Part shown: piece by piece, positions 48,247-61,403 of the stretch
Layout of the letters: each line of letters opens with the position of its first letter
How positions within the stretch are numbered: the first letter of the stretch is position 1
Assembly: GCF_001194135.2 (NCBI RefSeq)
Contig: NC_068997.1
Span: forward strand, 47,230,957-47,294,956
Length of the DNA stretch: 64,000 bases
Source: Octopus bimaculoides
Taxonomy: Eukaryota
Reading direction: 5' to 3'
Notes under the pieces: model-generated
The model's database searches: none
What the model saw: only the letters and a program-made list of their open reading frames with translations
Told to the model about the DNA's origin: nothing
Translations under genes and position numbers: made by a program

Positions 48247-49758
48247 CTATCTATATGTGCATATATGTGTAAACACTGTGTGCGTGTATGCATAACTCTC
48301 TATGTACAAGTACCTGTGAATGTATTTTCCCCCTCCCTCCCTCCCTTTCATTTGCTTTCTATAAACATCTGTCTGTCTCTCTCCTCTCACTCATTTCTTA
48401 CTCTGTCGATCTCTCGCTCTTTCCCAAGCTNNNNNNNNNNNNNNNNNNNNNNNNNNNNNNNNNNNNNNNNNNNNNNNNNNNNNNNNNNNNNNNNNNNNNN
48501 NNNNNNNNNNNNNNNNNNNNNNNNNNNNNNNNNNNNNNNNNNNNNNNNNNNNNNNNNNNNNNNNNNNNNNNNNNNNNNNNNNNNNNNNNNNNNNNNNNNN
48601 NNNNNNNNNNNNNNNNNNNNNNNNNNNNNNNNNNNNNNNNNNNNNNNNNNNNNNNNNNNNNNNNNNNNNNNNNNNNNNNNNNNNNNNNNNNNNNNNNNNN
48701 NNNNNNNNNNNNNNNNNNNNNNNNNNNNNNNNNNNNNNNNNNNNNNNNNNNNNNNNNNNNNNNNNNNNNNNNNNNNNNNNNNNNNNNNNNNNNNNNNNNN
48801 NNNNNNNNNNNNNNNNNNNNNNNNNNNNNNNNNNNNNNNNNNNNNNNNNNNNNNNNNNNNNNNNNNNNNNNNNNNNNNNNNNNNNNNNNNNNNNNNNNNN
48901 NNNNNNNNNNNNNNNNNNNNNNNNNNNNNNNNNNNNNNNNNNNNNNNNNNNNNNNNNNNNNNNNNNNNNNNNNNNNNNNNNNNNNNNCCGATAGATTAAG
49001 TACTAAGCTTAAAAAAAAAATAAAATAAAAAGAGATGTGGTGTCGATTCATTAGGCTAAAATTCTTCAGGGCGGTGCCCCTGCATGGCCGCAGTCTAATA
49101 ACTGAAACAAGTAAAAGATATATATTCTTACCCCTCATTCACATTATTCTTACCTTCTCTTTCTCCAATACTCCCTCCCTGTTTGTCTCTCTGTCACTCT
49201 TTTCTTCCAATCTTCCACCATCTCTCATCTTTCTTGTTTCGTTCCCCTACTCTCTCATTTATTTTTCTCTCCTCTCCAACACCGCCGCCACCACCACCAT
49301 CACTAACCCTGCTTCACCGCCGCCACTGGTGCAAAAACAATAACAACAACAACAACAGCAACAACAACAAGGAAAAGAAAAATTCCTATTGAAGAACAAA
49401 AGCAAAAGCTAAGCTAATGTCCTGAAGTTTGTACGAAAGTTCAGAAGTCTTGTTGGTCGTTATTATTGCGTAGCATATCTTGTCACTGAGTCAGCTTGGC
49501 CAAGTAATTAGCTGTTGGACGAGAGATTTGAATCTAATTGGAGGTGTCTGCAGACGACAGGGAAGCTATTTATTACTGAACGGCAGACTATTGTGATGTA
49601 ACAACACTTTACAGCAAACACACTTTGGACAATGCCCCGAAAACTGTTTCTTTTCTTCTTCCCTTTTGTTTTGTTACTTGTTACCGACTGACTCTGTACG
49701 CCACGCATACACATGTATATACAAACATATATACACATGTATACGCATATATTCGTAA

Positions 49759-49793
<35 letters not shown>

Positions 49794-49839
49794 NNNNNNN
49801 NNNAAAAAAAAAAAAACAGAACAGGGGCGGAAACGCAGA

Positions 49840-49873
<34 letters not shown>

Positions 49874-50599
49874 CAAAGACGAAGTCACACAGATGTTAAA
49901 ACATATGTATGTGTGTGTATGTATGTGCGCGTGTATGTGTGCGTGTATGCATGTAAGTATGTAGGTGTGAGTGTGTATATATGTGTGTGCGTGTGTCTAT
50001 GAATGTGTGTGTATGTATGCATGTATGTGTATGTATGCACGTATGTACGTGTCTATGTATATATGTATATATATGTAGGTATGAACAATCGCTGGCGCAT
50101 ATACTCACATATGGCCGGATGCCAGAATGAACTTCCACCTACAAACCTCAGATTTGACCAACGATAATGCACTCTGGAATGCCACGCCGGATCTTTCTTG
50201 CACCCAACAATAATACCACTCTTTAGACGTCCATGGTCAAATTATACGCACTCTGTTCCAATCCTCTCCGCTCCAACCCTCCTTTACTAAATGGCGGGCA
50301 ACATAGAACAAAAGGTATGTTCCTGGTAAGCAGAAACTTCCAGACGGTTTCAATATTTGATTAAAGTCACTTCACCTCTGTTATGCTGCTGGTGTTAAGG
50401 ACAAAAGTATGAACATGAACACAACATTTCCATTTTTCTTTACTTCTAGCGTAATTAACGTGATTAAAAAAAAAATCCCGATTATATACCATCTACTTCC
50501 ATTGAACTCAAATCTTTAGTTTAGAATAAGATAGACGCGGGGAATCATTTTACGTCGAAAGGCCACACTGAAATTAGCTGCCATCTTACACGGCCCCTT

Positions 50600-50841
50600 T
50601 CGTACGTACATACATACATACATACATACATACATACATGCGTGCATACATACATGCATACAACGTACATGCATACATAGATGTATACATGCATGCATAC
50701 ATAGATGTATACATGCATGCATGTATACATACATATATGCATATATACATGCACACATACATGTATGCATACATGCATACATACATACATGCGTGCATAC
50801 ATACATGCATACATACATACATACATACTTGCATACATATA

Positions 50842-50879
<38 letters not shown>

Positions 50880-51100
50880 CATGTATATATACCTACATAC
50901 TTGCATATATACATGCATTCATGCGTATATACATGCACACATACATACATGCATACGCATGCATACATACATACAAACATACAAACATACATACATAGTT
51001 GCATACATACATACATACATACATACATACATACAGGCATATACACATGCATATATACATGGGTGCATACATATATACATACATGCATACATACTTGCAT
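50600..51100. repeat. Complex (TACA/TGCA/CA)n microsatellite. Others: (TTCA)/(TCTA)n 38610-38887, (ATCT)n 44954-45030, (TATG)n 46540-46630 and 49700-50090, (GAT/GAC)n 44520-44670, many (TA)n and (CA)n tracts
   Basis: Directly visible tandem repeats. Confidence 0.95.
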
Positions 51101-51129
51101 ATATTTAATTTTTTTTTTATTTCGCTATT

Positions 51130-51420
51130 TTCAGCTCGAGTGTTGTGGCTATTTTCCCTCCATGAAAACTCTTCTGATATTTGGCATTTGGTGAACGAGG
51201 GAGTTTGATGTTGCTGCTCTCACCTGCGTTTCTTACCGTGAGATGGGTAGGTTCATCGAGAATTCTCAACAGAAGTAGATCCAGTTTTCTTTTGAAGACA
51301 CTTACACCCAACACCCTACGTAGGTATCTCAGGCTTTTTGGGAGGACACTGAAGAATTGTGGGCCCTATAATTCTAATTCTCATGCTGTTTGTGTGTCTC
51401 TGATTTCTATTATATACATA
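51130..51420 (-). mobile_element. CR1/L2-like LINE 3' end fragment
   Basis: Frameshifted 'GPQFFSVLPKSLRYL..VSVFKRKLDLLL.RILDEP', resembling the post-RT 'GPxLFNxLP...FKxxLD..L..IPDEP' motif, followed by an A-rich tail. Confidence 0.7.
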
Positions 51421-52635
51421 CCCGTTTCCTGCTAAAAAATCTTTTTCGGATAAAATCGAAGTGCGTGTTTTGTCCAAAGAATTGCAATAACTTTTCATAC
51501 CGACGCATTCTTTACAATTTAGCGAAGGTTTCTTATTTCAGACATATTCTTATTTATTATTTCTATTACTTATTTTCATATTATTTTACTTATTGCTATA
51601 TTTCTGTCATATTTGTCTTTCTTATAGTTATAATTTTAACATATTGATTTCTTTAATTATTAAGATTTCTTTTCTTCTAATGGCCCACTTGTCGTTTCTT
51701 TTTTTAAAAAATTATTATTACTATTTCATCAGCTGGTTCAACCTTGGGAGGCAGTTCGGTCTTAAAGGAGATCTATTGATTTTAATTCTTTAATTATTTC
51801 CATCTCTAGATTATCATGTTTCAGAGCTCCCTGTTTTGAATATCTTCCGCTAAATCTTGCTGTATTTCCTTTTATTTTTATTCTCTTAGATTTTCTGTGG
51901 ATTTAAGTTCTTCAATTATTTCCACCTTCAGATTGTCATGTTTGAGATTTCCATGTTTTGAGTATCCCTTTCTAAATCTTCTTCGGATTTCCTTTTATTT
52001 ATATTTTTGTTTGTGTTGTTCTGGTTCGGTTTTTCTTGGAGAATATTTTTAATGTGATTTCGCTGTATTTTATGATTTACTTTCTTTCACACATCTTTGA
52101 CACATCTTCGTGGTTTTTCTTTTTGCTGTTTGTTTTGTATTCGTTGTCTTTTATAATTTATCTTTCACTTTTCTCATTAGACAGCGGCCAAGCTGGGGCA
52201 CCTTTTTGAAGAGCTTTTAGCCGAACGAATCGAGCTCAGTACTTATTCCTTTTATTCTATTGGTTCTCTTTTGCCGAACCGCTAAGTTACGGAAATGTAA
52301 ACACACTAACATCGGTTGTTAAGCGGTGGTGTGGGACAAACACTGACACAAAGACACACATACATACACACACACACGCATGCCCACACACAATATGGGC
52401 TTCTTTCAGTTTCCGTTTACCAAGTCCACTCACAAGCCTTTGGTCGAACCGAACCTATAGCAGAAGAGACTTACCGAAGGTGCCACGAAATGTAACTGAA
52501 CCCAGAATTATGTGGTTGAAAGCAAACTTCTTACCACACAGCCACTTACACTATCTTTTCTTTTAAATGATCTATTTCGGTTTTTGATATATTTTAACTT
52601 TGGGAATGTATTGTCTTAAGTTAGACAGATGGGTC

Positions 52636-52802
52636 CAGTGCTGTCTTAAGAAGAGACACACTGGGCAGTTGTCCGGGGACTTTACGGGTCTCGGAGCCCA
52701 ATTCTGATTTATGAATGCTGTGGCTTGCTGTCAATAAATAACACTATAGACTCCAGTGCACTGATTTTCTAGGGGGTCTATAATGCTACTAAGACGACCC
52801 TG
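52636..52802. mobile_element. hAT-type MITE, 167 bp
   Basis: TIRs cagtgctgtctta / taagacgaccctg. Candidate 8-bp TSD gatgggtc / gttgggcc matches at 6 of 8 positions. Confidence 0.7.
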
Positions 52803-54970
52803 GTTGGGCCCAACACTCAATTGGGTCAAGGCTATTTTCTTTCCAAATTTTATACCAGAATACTACTGTTGTTTCATTTGATGGCTAAGGTCTGGATATC
52901 AAATATGTATGTATAATACAAAGGAGAAAGGTTTAAAAATTTGGCAGCGAAGAGTTTAGTTTTTATTGCCCAATACTTGGCCAATACTTTATTCTATCGA
53001 ATCCTGAAGGATAAAATGCTAAGTCAGTCCCACCAGGGTCACTTCGCCTTTCATCATTCCGGGGCCATTAGAAGTCAAATAATTGAACCGACAATGCGGC
53101 TCCTTCAGACTTTNNNNNNNNNNNNNNNNNNNNNNNNNNNNNNNNNNNNNNNNNNNNNNNNNNNNNNNNNNNNNNNNNNNNNNNNNNNNNNNNNNNNNNN
53201 NNNNNNNNNNNNNNNNNNNNNNNNNNNNNNNNNNNNNNNNNNNNNNNNNNNNNNNNNNNNNNNNNNNNNNNNNNNNNNNNNNNNNNNNNNNNNNNNNNNN
53301 NNNNNNNNNNNNNNNNNNNNNNNNNNNNNNNNNNNNNNNNNNNNNNNNNNNNNNNNNNNNNNNNNNNNNNNNNNNNNNNNNNNNNNNNNNNNNNNNNNNN
53401 NNNNNNNNNNNNNNNNNNNNNNNNNNNNNNNNNNNNNNNNNNNNNNNNNNNNNNNNNNNNNNNNNNNNNNNNNNNNNNNNNNNNNNNNNNNNNNNNNNNN
53501 NNAAGGGTGAGTGGTTGTATGGATTAACCTTAAAAAAATGTCAGAAGAGGAAAGCATCTTATAAGTGGATAATAGTCAGTGATTGGTTTCTAGATAGACC
53601 CAGTACACAACTGGTACTTAATTTGTCGACTCCGAAAGGATGAAAGGCAAGGTCGAACTCGGCGGAATTTGAACTTTGAACGCAAACACAGAGGAAATAT
53701 CGCCAAGCATTTTTCCCGGCGGGCTAACGGTTCTGCCAGATGTCGTCTTCATGGTTATAAATATTATCTAGTCAGAGTTCCGATTTCGGAAATGACCAGA
53801 GAGATAAAAAAAAAAAAAAGAATTATTGCTAATGGTCAGAAAGGTTCAAAGCCGCCAGATACTGGAATTGAACCCGGAATTTCTGTACTTTATGGTTGAG
53901 GCAACAGCAAAAAACAAAAAAAAAAAGGAAAAAAAAGTGTTAAAACAGAAAGAAGCAAGCAACGCAAACTCAAAATAGATTTTTATAGTTTTTATTAAAA
54001 GATGAAAACATCAAATTGTTTAAATATTTAACAGAAACAGAATACATATCAGTACACATTCGCACGCGATATTATGCACTAAATATGGAAGTCAATTGCA
54101 TAGTAAATATACACATCCATTATGTAATGGGACAGCTGAGACATTTTATTCATAATATTGTTTTCATATTCTGTCAGACACAAAAATACATTTTAACCTT
54201 TTAACTTTCAAAGGCTTACGTTTAGAATAATAATCACACAAACGAAACGTGCCTCAAGTAGATCCAAGAGCGGTCTTTGGTAACGTGAATACTAACAAAA
54301 CTTCACACACACACACTATTTAAAACGAAAATAATACCATATCGTGGCTTAAATACTATTGACAAGTCGTTTATGACTATTCAATAGAAGTGGTTAACCC
54401 TTAGAGACATTGAAGGAGAGAAAATGGATAATGTAACGTTCATTATGTCTTTCAAAAGGGTATAAGTAATGAAATTGTTTATATTTGAATATCATAACAA
54501 TTGGCTGGACTTCAAGAGTAAGTGCTGCTTGTTTATAATAAACTTGTGTCATCGGGTCGTTATTGTTAATGAAAGTGACAACATTAAGCTAGCGGTTCTG
54601 ACACTGACTAGGCGCACCCCGGCTCCTCTGAAATTATCCAACTATTTTTGCTTCTTTCTGCTATTCAGTAATAACGAGTAAGCAAAATAGTTTGCATCCA
54701 TATAATTTCGTCATGATGTTAGACAAGTCATCTTGCCTTGTCCCCTTTTCAATCCTCACATCTCCAATTCTCCTATAAGAAACATCGGTATACGCAGCAT
54801 CCACTGTATGCGAGCGAATCTGTGTATGTATATATACACATATATATATATTTTCAGGATTCACACACTTGTTTTTCTAAGCTCTGTAAAAGAACTCGGA
54901 AAGTTGGGCCCCCAACCAAGCGATTCGCAACACCCTTAAAGCCAAGAACTTTTGACACTCCACGTGTGTG

Positions 54971-55008
<38 letters not shown>

Positions 55009-55750
55009 CAGAGAGACAGAGAGGTGGGGGTAAAGACCCCTTCAGTCATGAATGACCATGGAATTGTGCCTAGAAAGTTCCCCTCCGAGGCACAAGTCCA
55101 GGCAAGGTTGTTTATGGAAGACCAGCATTTTCCCATGCATACCACCTTTCCCTCTTCACACCACCAATGTTGTCCAAGGGAAAGGCAAATGCCGATACAG
55201 TTTGGCACCAATGACATCAGAACTCATTTCTACGGCTGAATGAATTGGAGCAACGTGAAACAAAGTGTCTTGCTCAAGAACACAACACACAGCCCGGTCC
55301 GGGAATTGAAACACACTACTTCATGATTGAAAGCCCGATGCTCAAACGACTGAAATTATGTGTACAAGTAACAATACGACTGCCACTGTTATATTTGGAG
55401 CTCCTTGGAGGTTTTCATAATCCGGCTTGCTTTCAGTATTGTTAATTAACTGCTAAAATAAGCTTCAGAGCAAATGTAGGAAATATAAGGATAAACACAT
55501 AAAATAAAATAAACCTGTGTTTATCCTCATACAATAAATGCTGACGCAAGTTTCATAGTTTATTTTCTGTTCTTATATATTATGCACAGAGACATTATTT
55601 TAAGTTTTGATACATGTATATTATTACATAAAACCATTCGTAATACAAACTCGCATAGATTTAATTGATTTACGCATACATAAACGAAAACCTTCGTTAA
55701 AACTGACATTCGTTAAGCCTAACTATATATTTAATAAAATACCCTTCGAT

Positions 55751-55790
<40 letters not shown>

Positions 55791-56537
55791 AGTGAGTGTG
55801 TGCGCGCGCGCGTGGGAGAGAGAATATAGTCGCTTGGTTGCTTCTGCTAAATATATATATATATATTCGCTCTCACACCTACTTCCCCCCACCCACCTCT
55901 CTTCTCTTGCTCCGACTCCTACTTCTTCTCTTCACTCCTACCCACCGTTTCCTTTCTCTCCTTCATTGTCACCCCTCCCTCGTAGCTACACCCACCCCTA
56001 CACAATCCAACCCTACCTTCTTTCTCCATCCNNNNNNNNNNNNNNNNNNNNNNNNNNNNNNNNNNNNNNNNNNNNNNNNNNNNNNNNNNNNNNNNNNNNN
56101 NNNNNNNNNNNNNNNNNNNNNNNNNNNNNNNNNNNNNNNNNNNNNNNNNNNNNNNNNNNNNNNNNNNNNNNNNNNNNNNNNNNNNNNNNNTCTACCTCCA
56201 CCCCACCCTTGTTTTCCCTACTCTCGCCTCCCCACCTCCCAACACCATACCACACACCATTAAACCACCATACCACACTACACCACATCACATCACGCAC
56301 ACACTAGCACTGACCACTTCCCAGTCCCACATCCACACACGCACACGTCAAGGTCACCAGTCCTCTTCCACACGCTCATACATACTCTCTTATACACACT
56401 CATGCGCTCGTTCGTTTTGGGATCACCACTACTTTATTATCTCCCCTTCTTCCTAGCTCTCCTGTGTGACCCCTATGTCCCGCATTCGCCATGATAGATC
56501 GCTAGCCACTATACATTCTATATTTTCTCTCCTTGTT

Positions 56538-56575
56538 TCTTTCTGAGGAAGAGCGTAGGCTCGAAACGTTAAAGA
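56538..56575 (+). ncRNA. Minimal type I hammerhead ribozyme inside a Penelope-like terminal repeat (about 56300-56680)
   Basis: tcttt-CUGAGGA-a-gagc(gtag)gctc-GAAA-cg-UU-aaaga. All core nucleotides are present, stem I is 5 bp, stem II is 4 bp closed by G10.1-C11.1, and stem III is the ACGU palindrome. Confidence 0.75.
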
Positions 56576-56919
56576 CTTTTTCACTTCCCGAGCGTGAAAC
56601 TAATAGATCTGTTTGTTGTCTACACCTCCTGTCTTCGTCTTTTGTTTTTTTTGTGTGAATTCTCCCCCCTCTCCCTCTCTCTCTCTCAATATATATATAT
56701 AATGCATGCTCATACAAGATCCGCATTAGACTCCTCATTCGTATCATTATCGAACCGAGAGTCTAATTACGGTCCTTCCATAGCGTTACCTGCCACCTTG
56801 GGTCTTCTGGATACCAATAGTCTGTGCAGCTTGTCCAGCGAGGAATTGCAGAACCGTCTTTCTCATATACAACCAGCTTGATAGTGGGCACAAAAATGTT
56901 GATCGACCATGACTCAAAT

Positions 56920-57275
56920 ATAAGGACAAGCTGAAGAGTAACCTCTTAGCGGTTAATATAGGGCACAACACCCTCGAGCAAACAATCTTGTTGCGAACAA
57001 AATGGTGATCATCGTGTCAAAATGGTATAAGAGATTTTGTTTCAACCAGCATTAACAGGCTGATGGATGCAAGGCGAAGGAGAAAATCGGCTGCAAACAC
57101 GCCGCCTGCACTGACCCGTAATCCTCATACCTGCAACAACTGCGGGCTTCTCTGTAAATCGTTGGCGAGACTCAAATGACATATTCGACATAAGCATTAC
57201 GACTGACAAAGAAAGTGTAGGTTGTCGGATCCTCATGTGTCGAAACCAACGAGAGAATCCATAACCATCATATAT
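56920..57275 (+). mobile_element. RTE-clade LINE 3' end
   Basis: KDKLKSNL..IGHNTLEQ...RTKW*...G..DF...RRRRK...HTCNNCGLLCKSLARLK*HIRHKH, the C-terminal CxxC-x12-H-x3-H finger of RTE ORF2. Confidence 0.8.
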
Positions 57276-58669
57276 ATGCACACACACACATATCTATATA
57301 TCTACATACATACATACATACATACATACATGTATTATATATAAACTAGAGTAAGTGCAGCATCGACAACAACACCAGCCATAACCTCAGAGATAAAAGG
57401 AGTTAAAACGGAAGAATATATATTTTACGAGGAAGAAGAACAGTTTGTTTCGCGTCATAAAATTTTATTCCGTTGTTTGAACTTTTCGTATTTAACAAAC
57501 ATCCACCTCCGCAAACCGTTGAATACAAACGCTATCAATCACTAGTTTTCTCTTATTTTTACTGTTTTACCCTTACCGATAGAGATAAAACGAAAAAAAA
57601 AAAAAGGTGAATTCAGAACATGTTTGGGGGAGTGTGAGTAGAAGCCAGTAAACGAAATACTTCGACGTAATTATAAGTAGAGCACGCTCTATTTTTGTCG
57701 ATTCACTGCATTATTGGAGGCGGGAGAGAAGATGTTTTTCTACACGTGGTTACAGTGTCATAAGTGTCGTGATGGATAGATCATGATGGAAATGTCAAGG
57801 ATAGGATGTCAACCAAGGGTTCGCTCATTCGCCAATCAATTAATTTACGTCATTCATGTAATGTCACAAACCAATATATGGTGGCGCTATGGCGACGAGC
57901 TGGCAGAATCATTAGCACGCCGGGCAAAATGTTTAGCAGCATTTTCTCCGTCTGCACACTCTGAATTCAAATGCTGCTGGGGTTGACTTTGCCTTTCATG
58001 GTTTCGGGGTCGATAAAATAAATATCAGTTGAACAGTGGGAAGGGGCGTCGATGTAATCGACTTAGCCCCTCCCACAAAATTACTCGTCTTGTACCAAAA
58101 TTTGGAACCAATATATGGCAGCGCTCTTTTTGCGTTTCGAGTTCAAATCCCACGCAATTCACCTTGACCTTTTTCACCTTCCACAGTCGATAAAATATAG
58201 AATTATTTATCTACTTGGGTAGATTTGATATTTCTCTTATAAAACACTCTAGATGAGAATTCAATTATATAGAATAAAAGATTATAAAAGACGTCATTCG
58301 TTAAAAATTTCATGCATCATAAGTAACTCAAGAGTTCAAAGTTTCGTGCAATGCGCTTATCAAATTTTTTGATAAGTGCATTGACGAAAATCTTGGCTCT
58401 TGAATTACCTATGTAACTTTATAGCCGAATTATATATTATACCCCGTCTCTCGTGGCCAAGTGGTTAGGCTGTTGCACTCAAAATCGTTAGACCGAGGGT
58501 TCGATTCCCTGATTGGGTGGTGCATTGCGTTCTTGAGCAAACACTTCATTTACCATTGCTCCAACCCTCCTTAAATCAGCGGGGATTGTTGGCTTGCTCG
58601 CCTAACCAGCGGGAAGCAAAAGCACATCGTGACCAGCGATGTGTAACATCATCTGATAACCTGGTCGGT

Positions 58670-58732
<63 letters not shown>

Positions 58733-59849
58733 CATATGTATGCATGTATGTATGTATGTATGTGTGTTCGTCTTCCATCACTGCTTGACAACTGATATTG
58801 GTTTGCTTACGTCCCCGTTACAAAGTCGTTCAGCAAAAGAGACTGATAAAATAAGTAGCAGGTTTACAAAATTAGAGAATATGTTTGACGAAACCCTTCA
58901 AGGCGACGCCCTAACACGACCCCAGTCCAAGAACTGAAACAAGTAAAAGATATGATACACACACACATGTATTAATTTCTATTCCTGTTTCTTCTAATAA
59001 ACCAACTCACATGCGCACGCGCACGCGCACACGCACACGCACACACACACACACAGCCAGGAACCTATGAGCGTGTGTGTACCATTTAATATTTATTTTT
59101 ATTTTGTGCTTTTTGCAAATTAGACGGTCGGCTAACGGCGAACCCATTTCAGTTTTTGAGAAACCCCACTCGGTCTGAAACTAAGATGTCACAAGAAGAA
59201 ATATATCTCCCCACAGAACATATTTAAACACTTTAAATTCAATTGACCTTTCGTTACACAAACTAAAAGCTAAACTTGTCATGCTTCACTGTTTATATTC
59301 AAACAGTTCCGTTGTCAATATTTGCCGATTGCTGTGTGTAGACCTAATCAATAAAGAGAGCAACTCCATGACAGTTCCTCTTTTCTGACTGTCGACGGAT
59401 GCTCCCTTCATCGAAAGATCTCGTTCATTTTCCAACCATACTAAAATTATAGCGGCCATTTTGAAAGCAGACTGCTGGTAAAAACAAATATTTTTATTTG
59501 ATCGGTTTTAACTGTTGATATTTCCTTCGTTGAAGAATTTCTTATTGCATCTGGTCACATCTGCTGAGCCATTGGTCAACAATTCTGTTAGCTTTACTGG
59601 CCTTTTTCTGGAAAAAAAGAACAAAAATATGTGAAGAAAAACTCAAACAAAACGCACGGAACATTAAAAAGCTGACTAATTTATGAATGAGAAAAACAAT
59701 ATTAAAAAAAAAAAAAAACATCAATATTATTCACCTAAAATAAAATTGCCCCTCTCTCTATTGTAGCCTCATTCAGCTGAAGAGAATCTTAGTCTTGCGA
59801 ACTACATAGCGACTGCACTAGTACAATGTGCCATAAAGAAAAGCACCCA

Positions 59850-59896
<47 letters not shown>

Positions 59897-60164
59897 TATA
59901 TGTGTGTGTGTGTGTGTGTGACTTAGTATACGAGTGTACTCAGTTGCATCCCTTTATCTGAAAATGGTAAGTTCGTCATTCGATAAATAACAACGACAAA
60001 ATAATCACCATACTGAAACGTTTGCTGGAATCAATATGATTGATAAAAACACTTGAAAGTGATATCCCAGTAGCATGGCCGCTGTCCAATGATTGAAACA
60101 GGTAAAAATGAGTAAAAGTGTAAGCAGTATTGTATGGAATGTAGAACAAGAAGTACACATACGG

Positions 60165-60420
60165 AAAGAAATGCTATAATAACTGTATTATATATACATA
60201 AAGTCAATAAGGCTGACTATAATGTAAAATATATGTAGGAGCAACTTCAGGAAATTTGCGAATTATACGTAACCAACACAATAGCGGAAGGAAGCTTAAG
60301 GAGTGTATAAGAATAAAATATCATTGTACAGAAGGCATTGATGTAACAAATGTAAATTGAAAAGAATGTCTAAATCCGTATTTATCAAAAGCAAATTATA
60401 GAGAACTCTGAGAAAACGAA
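60165..60420 (+). mobile_element. Highly decayed Penelope-like GIY-YIG remnant
   Basis: 'KIYVGATSGNL.IIRNQHNS' resembles the YVGxT..F..R...H motif; surrounded by stops. Confidence 0.4.
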
Positions 60421-60639
60421 AATGACAAGATAGTCCGGTATTCAACATGGCATTAATTACTCGTCCTTGGGATTAAGTAAAAAGAGAATGTAATTTCCCA
60501 ACTAGTGTTCTTAATTTTCTTCTTAGATCTAATAATGATTAATGAGCTGATGGGTAAATGTATTGTATAGAAATGATTTCAGTAGCATTGGCATAACACG
60601 GACAGATTTTAGTTTGCATACAAACATATATGTTTATAC

Positions 60640-60736
<97 letters not shown>

Positions 60737-61278
60737 NNNNNNNNNNNNNNNNNNNNNNNNNNNNNNNNNNNNNNNNNNNNNNNNNNNNNNNNNNNNNNNN
60801 NNNNNNNNNNNNNNNNNNNNNNNNNNNNNNNNNNNNNNNNNNNNNNNNNNNNNNNNNNNNNNNNNNNNNNNNNNNNNNNNNNNNNNNNNNNNNNNNNNNN
60901 NNNNNNNNNNNNNNNNNNNNNNNNNNNNNNNNNNNNNNNNNNNNNNNNNNNNNNNNNNNNNNNNNNNNNNNNNNNNNNNNNNNNNNNNNNNNNNNNNNNN
61001 NNNNNNNNNNNNNNNNNNNNNNNNNNNNNNNNNNNNNNNNNNNNNNNNNNNNNNNNNNNNNNNNNNNNNNNNNNNNNNNNNNNNNNNNNNNNNNNNNNNN
61101 NNNNNNNNNNNNNNNNNNNNNNNNNNNNNNNNNNNNNNNNNNNNNNNNNNNNNNNNNNNNNNNNNNNNNNNNNNNNNNNNNNNNNNNNNNNNTATATATA
61201 TATATATATATATATATGTTTGGTAGAACGAACAGGATAAATAGAACTCAATACTGGGAATTTATATTTTATTACTCT

Positions 61279-61403
61279 TAATCGGCAGAAGTTACAGAGT
61301 CACTTAAGGACTGAGAGTTTCGTGTAAGGCATTTATCAAACTGTGAGAAGTGCCATGAACGAAAGTTTTAATCCTCGAGTCACTTTGTAACTTCTACCGA
61401 TTA
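61279..61403. mobile_element. Short foldback MITE (TA-flanked); related copy at about 58295-58431
   Basis: Arms aatcggcagaagttacagagtcac / gtcactttgtaacttctaccgatt. Both copies share the 'tttcgtg..a.gc..ttatcaaa...ga.aagtgc..tga.cgaaa' core. Confidence 0.65.

Noticed and set aside
50516-51208. Multiple 60-190 aa MYVC/HTYI-repeat ORFs
   Set aside because: Translations of a (TACA)n-type microsatellite in several frames on both strands.
51780-52000. About 126-bp tandem duplication encoding KHDNL(K/E)xEIIxELK on the minus strand
   Set aside because: Frameshifts and stops between the repeats; probably a decayed retroelement ORF, and no gene model is supportable.
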